Below are positions 44,486 through 53,895 of a DNA stretch of 64,000 nucleotides, piece after piece (position 1 is the first letter of the stretch; each line of letters opens with the position of its first letter). The stretch spans positions 10,737 to 74,736 of the forward strand of contig JAZQHO010000213.1 in NCBI GenBank assembly GCA_045540635.1. Direction: 5' to 3'. Position numbers and translations under genes: made by a program. Source of the DNA: Candidatus Limiplasma sp. Lineage in GTDB: Bacteria > Bacillota > Clostridia > Christensenellales > Aristaeellaceae. Below the pieces are notes generated by a model. It had not been told where the DNA came from, made no database searches, and worked only from the letters and a program-made list of their open reading frames with translations.

Positions 44486-45510
44486 CAGAAACGCCCGCCG
44501 CCACCGCCGTGGCTGGAACCGCTGGAGCCAATATGCACACCGCTGCCGCCGCCACCGCCGAAGCCGCCGCCACTGGAGCGGGGAGGTTCGGGCTTGCGCA
44601 CCCGGGTGGTGGTGGTATGGGTGTAGGTATCCTCGGTATCGGTCATGGTAAGGGTGCTGTTCTCGGCCACCTTGTAGCTGTAGGTGCTGCCCTTGAGCTT
44701 GTAGGAGCCGTGCACGCTGCCGTAGAAGATGGCTGCCACCACCACACCGATAACGGCACACACAAGGATCTCGCCGCCGGTGAGTGCCTTGTGGCGGGCG
44801 GTGAGCACCTGCCCGGTAAGCACATCGTACTGGTACTGACCCTCCGGGATGCCGGAGCGGTAGTAGCGCTCCACCGTATCGATCATATGGAGAACACCGG
44901 CAGCATACTGGGCGGAGCTCAGGTAGCGGGTGTTGCTGTCGATGGCGCTGTCGATGCGTTCATCGGTCATATAGTCGATCATTTTACCGGTGGTGGAGAT
45001 ATAATGGTAGCGCTCGTACATATCGATCAGATAACCGATACCGCTGTTTTCCTCGTCCAGACCATAGCCGCCGTAATCGTAGAAATCGTCTGCAAGCTGT
45101 TGGGCACTGATGCCGTCGTGGGAACGGTTGGCGGTCATGACCACGAAATCGCAGCCGGTATTCTTCTGGAACTGGGCAATGCGCTGGGCGATCTGCGTTT
45201 CCTCCTCGGCAGTGAACAGATCGGCATCATCACGGATGCGGGAGGTATCGGCAGAGGCATCGGGCAGCACCGCAGGTGCGGGCACAGCCGTTGTAGTGAC
45301 GCTCTCCTGCTGCACATAGACCGGCTCGTCCTCTTCGGGCGCTTCTTCTTCGTCATCTTCGGTATCGATCAGACTGATGCCGCTGTTCTGCGTGGTATCC
45401 TCATCGCCAAAAATATCGGACCAATCCAGAGAAATGGCCTGCGCCGCCACCGGGAGCGCCATCAGCAGCGCAAGCAGCAGGGCGGAAAAGCGGATCAAAG
45501 CTTTCTTCAT
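44485..45510 (-). CDS. TPM-domain (YgcG-like) membrane protein with a Gly-rich C-terminal tail
   Basis: Signal peptide MKKALIRFSALLLALLMALPVAAQA. TPM block DDADLFTAEEETQIAQRIAQFQKNTGCDFVVMT, a TM segment, then SSGGGFGGGGGSG..GGGGGRF. Confidence 0.75.
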   Translation of the reverse strand: MKKALIRFSALLLALLMALPVAAQAISLDWSDIFGDEDTTQNSGISLIDTEDDEEEAPEEDEPVYVQQESVTTTAVPAPAVLPDASADTSRIRDDADLFTAEEETQIAQRIAQFQKNTGCDFVVMTANRSHDGISAQQLADDFYDYGGYGLDEENSGIGYLIDMYERYHYISTTGKMIDYMTDERIDSAIDSNTRYLSSAQYAAGVLHMIDTVERYYRSGIPEGQYQYDVLTGQVLTARHKALTGGEILVCAVIGVVVAAIFYGSVHGSYKLKGSTYSYKVAENSTLTMTDTEDTYTHTTTTRVRKPEPPRSSGGGFGGGGGSGVHIGSSGSSHGGGGGRF

Positions 45511-45553
45511 GGGGTTCAACTCCTTCATCAAACGGATGGCGTGCCAGAGCCTG

Positions 45554-46624
45554 TCAGAACAGGAAATAGCTTGCCACGCAGGCTACTGCAAAGACCAGTG
45601 CGCCAATGAGCAGCGCCTTGCGGAGCAGCTTGCCCTTATCGATGGGCAGCTTGCCGCACACCTCGCCGGTGCAGCCGTTCATGGAGAAATAGTAGGGATC
45701 ATCCTTGTTCTCCGGGTTGGGGTAGGTGAGCACCCATGTGGGCAGGAGCACATACTCGCTCTTGGTCTGCCGGATGGCGGTGTTTGTGGAGCCGCGGCAG
45801 CTCTGGTAGCCATGGTTGGCAGTGAGCAGGGACTGCACATAGCCGGTCACTTCGCTCTGCACATCGCGCTGCACATCGGCTGCTTCGATATCGCGGCGCT
45901 CCGCCACAAAGCCGGAAAGGTAGGCATCATCAAACTTTTTGGCGTTACCCAGCGGAAAGGGATGGATGCCGTCGGACAGCTTGCGGTTGGCCTTCTGGAG
46001 CGCCGGGCGCATCACATTGCTGAAACGGATCCGTCCCTCGCGGCGCACACGGAAGTGGTGCGTATTGGTGATGATGTAATCGCCCCGGGTGTGGGTCTCG
46101 CTGCGGGTACCCTCGCCGGCAAAAGCGCCGTCCAGCGTGCACTCGGTAACAAAGTGCGGGTAATACACGCCGTTCATCTTTTCCACCTCAGCCTGGCGGA
46201 AGAAGCCGCTGGGGATGTACTTCTTGCTCTTGGCCCAGTTCATAAAGGCATCCACAGCCTTTTCCTTGCCGACGGAGAAGGGCAGTACCTTATCGGGGCG
46301 CAGATCGGCGGTCAGCTTGCCCTGCAGCACAACGGGGCTGTGGCAGTAATAGCAGCTGGTGGCAACCGTGGTCTCGTCGGTCATGATCTCGCTGCCGCAG
46401 TTCTGGCAGCGGTACACCACCTGCGAGCCGGTGCCCTGCTGCTCCTGCGCAGCAGCCTGCTCCTCAGCGGCCTGCTGGGCATCTTCCGGCTGGGCGGCAG
46501 CATCGCCAATGACCGCATCATCGGCAAAGACAGAGCTGCAAAAGGGACACTTCCACTTTTGGGAGTCGGGATCAAAATTCAGATATGCACCGCAGCTTGG
46601 GCATTTATAGGTAACGCCTGCCAT
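45554..46624 (-). CDS. Tail-anchored protein with two N-terminal zinc ribbons and an unknown central domain
   Basis: CPSCGAYLNFDPDSQKWKCPFC and CQNCGSEIMTDETTVATSCYYC, then a ~230-aa domain and a C-terminal TM segment (ALLIGALVFAVACVASYFLF). Confidence 0.6.
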   Translation of the reverse strand: MAGVTYKCPSCGAYLNFDPDSQKWKCPFCSSVFADDAVIGDAAAQPEDAQQAAEEQAAAQEQQGTGSQVVYRCQNCGSEIMTDETTVATSCYYCHSPVVLQGKLTADLRPDKVLPFSVGKEKAVDAFMNWAKSKKYIPSGFFRQAEVEKMNGVYYPHFVTECTLDGAFAGEGTRSETHTRGDYIITNTHHFRVRREGRIRFSNVMRPALQKANRKLSDGIHPFPLGNAKKFDDAYLSGFVAERRDIEAADVQRDVQSEVTGYVQSLLTANHGYQSCRGSTNTAIRQTKSEYVLLPTWVLTYPNPENKDDPYYFSMNGCTGEVCGKLPIDKGKLLRKALLIGALVFAVACVASYFLF

Positions 46625-46742
46625 GCTTTCACCTCATCCATTCCTGCAGAATGTTCCGCCAACGCGGAACCATGGTTGGAATAATTATACCATGAGTTGA
46701 TGCAAAACACAATTGCTGTATACAGCGCGCAGCAGCAGGTAC

Positions 46743-46783
46743 AAAAAAACGGGATCCGCCGCCCGTTGGGCGACAGATCCCGT
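46743..46783 (-). terminator. groEL terminator
   Basis: Minus strand: ACGGGATC..(inner CGCCC/GGGCG)..GATCCCGT followed by T7. Confidence 0.75.
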
Positions 46784-46823
46784 CCTATTTGCCTTTATTG
46801 CTGCATTGACAGGCGTTTGCCGA

Positions 46824-48473
<1,650 letters not shown>

Positions 48474-48500
48474 CTATCTAAAAAAGATTGGGGGGAACGC

Positions 48501-48855
<355 letters not shown>

Positions 48856-48866
48856 CAACCTTTGTT

Positions 48867-48895
48867 AGTTTACGTTATTTCTGCCACCGGTGCAA
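48867..48895 (-). promoter_or_regulatory. Putative groESL sigma-A promoter
   Basis: Minus strand: TTGCAC - 17 nt - TAAACT, immediately upstream of CIRCE. Confidence 0.5.
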
Positions 48896-49091
48896 GAGGA
48901 AAAACCGTTAAATTTATGTAAATTTCCGATTTTCAAATGCAAAAATCTTTCGTATGCCCTATTTTTCTGTTTTTATTCCTTTATTACTCTTTTTTTTGAA
49001 CATTTTCTTTGTTTTTTGTTTTCGATGGAGGTATACTGGCGCAAGCCCTGCTCCTGTGGTACAATGCAACCCGAAAGGAAGGATACTGCCC

Positions 49092-50267
49092 ATGACCAAA
49101 ACACCCTCTGCCCTGCTGCTGAACTGGTACGATGCAGTAAAGCGCGATCTGCCGTGGCGGCGCAGCCGGGATCCGTACCATATCTGGCTGAGCGAGATCA
49201 TGCTCCAGCAGACCCGGGTGGAGACCGTAAAGGGCTACTACGCCCGTTTTCTGGAGCGCTGCCCCACGGTGCAGGCACTGGCGCAGGCCCCTGAGGAAAC
49301 CGTTCTCAAGCTCTGGGAGGGGCTGGGTTATTACAGCCGTGCCCGCAATCTGCAAAAAGCCGCAAAGACCATCACAGAGGAGTTTGGCGACGTTTTTCCC
49401 TCCGATTACGAAGATATCCTCCGGCTTTCCGGCATCGGCCCCTACACAGCGGGAGCCATTGCCAGTATCGCTTTCGGGCAGGCAGTACCAGCTGTTGACG
49501 GCAATGTGTACCGTGTGGCCTCCCGCTTTTTCGGCATCCGGGAGGATGTGGGCAGCCCGGCTGTGCAAAAACAGATCCGTCAGCTGGTCAGGGAGAGCAT
49601 TCCGCCGGAGCGCCCGGGAGACTACAATCAGGCGCTGATGGAGCTGGGTGCGACCCTTTGCAGCCCCCAGCGCCCCCGCTGCGACCTGTGCCCGTGGCAG
49701 CACCTGTGCGATGCCTGCCGGGAGGGCGATCAGGACAGCCTGCCCATCCACGAAAAGAAACAAGCCCCCAAGGCCGTAGAGGTAGCCGTATGCCTGCTCA
49801 CCTACAAGGGGCGGGTGCTGGTACTGCCCCGGCAGGAGCGTATGCTCAAGGGGCTGTATGTATTCTGGCTGACCGAAGAAGAAACAGCGCCGGAACGGGT
49901 TCTGGAGCTGCTGCGGGAGGATGGGCTCCGCTGCACCTTCCGGGCGCATCTGGGAGAAGCGAAGCATGTATTTACCCATCGGGTATGGAACATGCAGCTT
50001 TTGCACTGCCCGCTGGATGCCATGCCGGGCGAAGGCTGGCTTGCGGAGCGGAAAGCGAAGCTGGTGGATGCGGCAGAGCTTGCCGCCCTGCCGCTGCCCA
50101 CGGCGGTAAAGGCTGCAAGAAAGGCTGCTATGGAGCTGCTGGGTGCCGGTTGCTGTCCACAGGCAAAGCAAAGCAAACGGCAGCAGGAAAAATACAGACC
50201 CCCCCGGGGGGGCCGCCCCCCCCCCAAAGGTTTTATTCTGCAATGGGAACCATGGGCAGCAGCGTGA
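49092..50267 (+). CDS. mutY: A/G-specific adenine DNA glycosylase MutY
   Basis: LLNWYDAVKRDLPWR, SEIMLQQTRVETV, the 4Fe-4S loop CSPQRPRCDLCPWQHLC and a NUDIX-like C-domain. The last ~40 codons are a non-conserved-looking tail that crosses a G/C homopolymer block. Confidence 0.88.
   Translation: MTKTPSALLLNWYDAVKRDLPWRRSRDPYHIWLSEIMLQQTRVETVKGYYARFLERCPTVQALAQAPEETVLKLWEGLGYYSRARNLQKAAKTITEEFGDVFPSDYEDILRLSGIGPYTAGAIASIAFGQAVPAVDGNVYRVASRFFGIREDVGSPAVQKQIRQLVRESIPPERPGDYNQALMELGATLCSPQRPRCDLCPWQHLCDACREGDQDSLPIHEKKQAPKAVEVAVCLLTYKGRVLVLPRQERMLKGLYVFWLTEEETAPERVLELLREDGLRCTFRAHLGEAKHVFTHRVWNMQLLHCPLDAMPGEGWLAERKAKLVDAAELAALPLPTAVKAARKAAMELLGAGCCPQAKQSKRQQEKYRPPRGGRPPPKGFILQWEPWAAA
50199..50237. 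repeat. G/C homopolymer block C7-G7-CC-G-C10 followed by TTTTATT (possible bidirectional terminator)
   Basis: Read directly: 50199-50205 C7, 50206-50212 G7, 50216-50225 C10. C7G7 is self-complementary. Confidence 0.8.
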
Positions 50268-50297
50268 CCGCTGCCGCTCATGGTTTGTTGGGAAGGC

Positions 50298-53200
50298 TCA
50301 ATCGAAATAGTAGCCTTTGCCTCTGCACTTCCGGCATTCGCCCAACACGCACTCCTCGTTCGTGCAGATCCTCGTTACATCCACATATTCATATACGCCG
50401 GTGAGCGGGTTGAGCTGAACCACATGGACAACGATGGAACCATCGCCCTCACAGCGCCTGCACTTACCCTCGCCATAGCACAGCTCGCAAAGGGTGGAAC
50501 CTGCAGGGATGGGCTTGAGGTGCAGGGTAGCCACGTTGGATTTTACCGTATTGCCTGCCTGATCGGTCACAACACAGTACACCTGCCGTCCATCGGCATA
50601 CTCACCCATCACGGTGGAATAGCTGGGACCGTTATCCAGCGCCTTCTTGAACTGGCTCTCACCGGCATTTTTGTAATACCACTGATACGTCAGGTCGAGA
50701 CCCTCGGCGCTCAGGCCCACAGCGATGGGGCGGGTGGCAAAGGCATAGGCATCCTTGGGCTGCGAGGTGATGGAGACCGGGCCGCGAATGATAAGCGTGA
50801 CCGTGTTGGAGGTAATCGTCCGGCCGGACTTATCGGTAATGGCGCAGTAGACCTTGCGGCCGGAATAGGCTGCAGCCGGTGTGGTAACGTAGGTGGTGCC
50901 GGTCGCAGCGGACTTTTTGAAGCCGCTGGTGTTGGGATTCTGGTAATACCACTGGTACTTCAGGCCAACACCCTCAGCGGCGATCTTCAAGGTGATCGTT
51001 TCGCCTTCGCAAACCTCAGGCGGCGTATTCAGCCACTGGGTGATCCCGAATGCAGGCAGAGAGAGCATGGCTATATCGCTGTTTCGATAAGTACCGTGCC
51101 GGTCTTCGACCTTGCAATAGATGCCTGCATTCACCATATCCGCCGTCATCTGGAAGGTGCATTCCGGGCCATCGGCGCTGATGCACCAATAGCTGGTATC
51201 ATCATCGCGCAGACAATACCAATAGTAAGACAGTCCATCACCGGAAGCCTCGACCGTCAGGGTGACAGTATCACCAATACTGGCCTTCGTGTTCTGCGGC
51301 TGTTTTGTGATGGTCACATCCTGTATGCCCAGCCGTGCCGTCCGGGTGCGTACCGTGTTGCCGTAAGCATCCGTAATGACGCAGTAGTACAGCTGATCCT
51401 TCAGGCTCTTGTGGTGATAGAAAGAGTAGGAGGAGTCCCGGTCATTGGCATCTGTAAGGGGCGTGAAGGTGGGAGAATCAACGTATGCACTGTACCACAG
51501 GTAGGTAAGGCTGTCGCCCTCAGCTGCCACAGAGACTTTCAGAAGGGCTCTGCCGGTAAAATCCGGCGAAGCATACATGTCCTGCGGCTGTCTGGTAATG
51601 GTAATGGGGCCGGAAGACAGGTTGGCACCGGCCGTGGACGAAATGACAGATCTGCCATATTGATCCGATACCTTGCAATAAACGCTCCGCGCCGAGGTGC
51701 CCGCAGACATCTTGAAGGAATAGGTGGCGGAAGTCGCACCGGCTGCAGGCGTGTATTCCCACTCCACGCTGTTTGCGTTCTGGTAATACCACTGATAGGT
51801 AAGCCCATCACCCTGAGCGCCAATGCTGAAAGTAGCGGTGCCGCCGCTGGCCACGCTCACATCCTGCGGCTGCTTGGTCAGCTTCAGATCGGGCGGAGTG
51901 ACCATGCTCAGCGTGACGGTATCGGTGGTGAGGCTGTTGCCGTACCGGTCGCTGACGATGCAGTAGACCCGATAGCCGTCGTTGTCAAAGTTCATGGTGA
52001 CGGCATAGCTGGATGCGGTAACATCGGATTTGGTGAAGGAATAAACCTTCGGGGGCGCATAGTACCATTCGTAGGTGAGGCCGTCGCCCACAGCGGCAAC
52101 AGAAGCGGTCGCTGCCTTGCCGTACTTCACCGTTACATTGGCAGGCTGACCGACGATCTCCAGCTTCGTTTGCGGGATCATATTCAGAGTGACCACATCG
52201 GTGGCCGCTTCGTTGCCGTCCTGATCCATGATCAAGCAGCAGACCTGTACGCCATCCCAGCCGCTGTCCATGAGAACAGAAAACGTTGCGGAAGTCGTGG
52301 TGCTCTTGTGGTAGCGGGTAGTGCCCGCAAATGCGTAGTACCACTGGTACGCCAAGCCCTTGCCCTGTGCCTTTACCGTTGCTTTGGCATACTCACCTTC
52401 GGCAACCGTCACGCTTTCGGGCTGGGTAATGATGTACAGCACATCCGCAGGCGGCAGCTCCTGCTGCGGCTCCATATTCAGCGTAGCGGTGCTCGAAGTT
52501 ACCTTGTTGCCGTACTTGTCGCTGACAACACAGCGCACCTGACGGCCTGCGCGGGCTGCAGTCATCTTGACGGAGTAGCTTGCACCCTTGAAGGTGCTGG
52601 TATATTTGAAGGAAGAAGCGCCCAGATCCTTATAGTACCACTTGTAGGTAAGACCATCGCCGGTGGCGCTGAGAGTGACCTTTGCCGTCTCTCCCTCGGC
52701 AACCATTACGCTCTCCGGCTGCTGGGTGATCTTGACTTTGGTAGCCATATTCAGGGTGGCAGTATCCGAAGTCACCTTGTTGCCGTATTTATCGGTAACA
52801 ACGCAGCGCACCTGACGGCCCGCACGGGCTGCGGTCATCTTGACGGAGTAGCTTGCGCCCTTGAAGGTGCTTGTGTACTTGAAAGAAGAGGAACCCTTGT
52901 CCTTGTAGTACCACTTATAAGTAAGGCCGTCGCCGGTGGCGGTAAGTGTCACCTTTGCGGTTTTGCCCTTGGCAACGCTCACACTTACCGGCTGTTTGGT
53001 GATCTTCGCCTTGTTGCCCATGCTCAGGGTAGCGGTGCTTGAGGTCACTTTGTTGCCGTACTTGTCGGTAACGACGCAGCGCACCTGACGGCCTGCACGG
53101 GCTGCGGTCATCTTGACAGAATAGCTTGCGCCCTTGAAGGTGCTTGTGTACTTGAAAGAAGAAGAACCCTTGTCTTTGTAGTACCACTTATAGGTAAGGC

Positions 53201-53732
53201 CGTCGCCTGCGGCGGTAAGGGTCACTTTTGCGGTTTTGCCCTTGGCAACCATCACGCTTGCCGGCTGCTTGGTGATCTTCAGCGCAGTGGGCTTCATTTT
53301 CAGGGTGACGGTGTTGGATGTCACCTTATTGCCATACTTGTCGGTAACGACACAGCGCACCTGACGGTTCGCACGGGCTTCGGTCATCTTGACAGAATAG
53401 CTTGCGCCCTTGAAGGTGCTGGTATAAGCAAAGGCCGAAGCGCCCTTATCCTTGAAATACCATTTGTAGGTAAGGCCATCGCCGGTGGCTGTAAGGGTCA
53501 CTTTCGCCGTTTTTCCCTTGGCAACGGTCACACCCACCGGCTGCTTGGTGATCTTTACCCCGGCACGCTGTGCGCCCGGCAGAATCCCATCCTCAACAAT
53601 ACTACTGCCGTTCTTATGGCTGAAGCTGAACGCCAAAGACTCTGCCGCAGCGGTGATCATCGGCAGCAAAAGCACTGCAACGACCAGTAAACATATGCAG
53701 GAGAGAAAACGATGTTTGGAATGCTCCTTCAT
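50298..53732 (-). CDS. Large exported protein: N-terminal signal/anchor, 11 tandem Ig-like ~92-aa modules, C-terminal DnaJ-type CxxCxGxG cysteine-rich domain
   Basis: GGAAAGGAGAA RBS. Starts MKEHSKHRFLSCICLLVVAVLLLPMITAAA. The repeated skeleton is ITxQP..V.V..G..A...V.A.GDGLTY.WYY...C.V.D.YGN...TL. The tail contains CELCYGEG, CRRCEGDG and CRKCRGKG. Confidence 0.8.
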   Translation of the reverse strand: MKEHSKHRFLSCICLLVVAVLLLPMITAAAESLAFSFSHKNGSSIVEDGILPGAQRAGVKITKQPVGVTVAKGKTAKVTLTATGDGLTYKWYFKDKGASAFAYTSTFKGASYSVKMTEARANRQVRCVVTDKYGNKVTSNTVTLKMKPTALKITKQPASVMVAKGKTAKVTLTAAGDGLTYKWYYKDKGSSSFKYTSTFKGASYSVKMTAARAGRQVRCVVTDKYGNKVTSSTATLSMGNKAKITKQPVSVSVAKGKTAKVTLTATGDGLTYKWYYKDKGSSSFKYTSTFKGASYSVKMTAARAGRQVRCVVTDKYGNKVTSDTATLNMATKVKITQQPESVMVAEGETAKVTLSATGDGLTYKWYYKDLGASSFKYTSTFKGASYSVKMTAARAGRQVRCVVSDKYGNKVTSSTATLNMEPQQELPPADVLYIITQPESVTVAEGEYAKATVKAQGKGLAYQWYYAFAGTTRYHKSTTTSATFSVLMDSGWDGVQVCCLIMDQDGNEAATDVVTLNMIPQTKLEIVGQPANVTVKYGKAATASVAAVGDGLTYEWYYAPPKVYSFTKSDVTASSYAVTMNFDNDGYRVYCIVSDRYGNSLTTDTVTLSMVTPPDLKLTKQPQDVSVASGGTATFSIGAQGDGLTYQWYYQNANSVEWEYTPAAGATSATYSFKMSAGTSARSVYCKVSDQYGRSVISSTAGANLSSGPITITRQPQDMYASPDFTGRALLKVSVAAEGDSLTYLWYSAYVDSPTFTPLTDANDRDSSYSFYHHKSLKDQLYYCVITDAYGNTVRTRTARLGIQDVTITKQPQNTKASIGDTVTLTVEASGDGLSYYWYCLRDDDTSYWCISADGPECTFQMTADMVNAGIYCKVEDRHGTYRNSDIAMLSLPAFGITQWLNTPPEVCEGETITLKIAAEGVGLKYQWYYQNPNTSGFKKSAATGTTYVTTPAAAYSGRKVYCAITDKSGRTITSNTVTLIIRGPVSITSQPKDAYAFATRPIAVGLSAEGLDLTYQWYYKNAGESQFKKALDNGPSYSTVMGEYADGRQVYCVVTDQAGNTVKSNVATLHLKPIPAGSTLCELCYGEGKCRRCEGDGSIVVHVVQLNPLTGVYEYVDVTRICTNEECVLGECRKCRGKGYYFD
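50499..53555 (-). repeat. Eleven in-frame ~276-bp coding repeats (Ig-like modules); the four N-proximal copies (about 52450-53555) are the most similar
   Basis: Modules 2 and 3 are about 93% identical over ~200 nt, and almost all differences are synonymous. Distal modules are conserved only at motif level. Confidence 0.8.
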
Positions 53733-53769
53733 ACTCTATTCTCCTTTCCAATTTTTAGGGACTGCTTTT

Positions 53770-53799
53770 ATTATACTTGGACACGATCATTTCCGTCAA
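53770..53799 (-). promoter_or_regulatory. Putative promoter of the Ig-repeat gene
   Basis: Minus strand: TTGACG - 18 nt - TATAAT. Confidence 0.45.
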
Positions 53800-53895
53800 C
53801 TGATAAAACTCAATTTTCCACAATCACATATCACCGGCTGCCGGACAGCGGGTATGCCGTTATCCACCCGAAGGGAATGGCATAACAGCGCCACC

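Noticed and set aside
48890-49030. An AT-rich, T-tract-rich segment between groES and mutY, considered as a possible small gene or mobile-element scar.
   Set aside because: It contains the divergent groESL and mutY promoter regions. It has no ORF with an RBS and no inverted or direct repeats, consistent with an ordinary curved promoter spacer.
50499-53555. A regular ~276-bp periodic repeat that could be mistaken for a CRISPR-like or satellite array. The same applies to the 219-bp repeat at 17495-17895.
   Set aside because: The repeats are in frame inside long ORFs with a conserved protein skeleton. There are no short unique spacers between identical units and no cas genes, so these are coding domain repeats.
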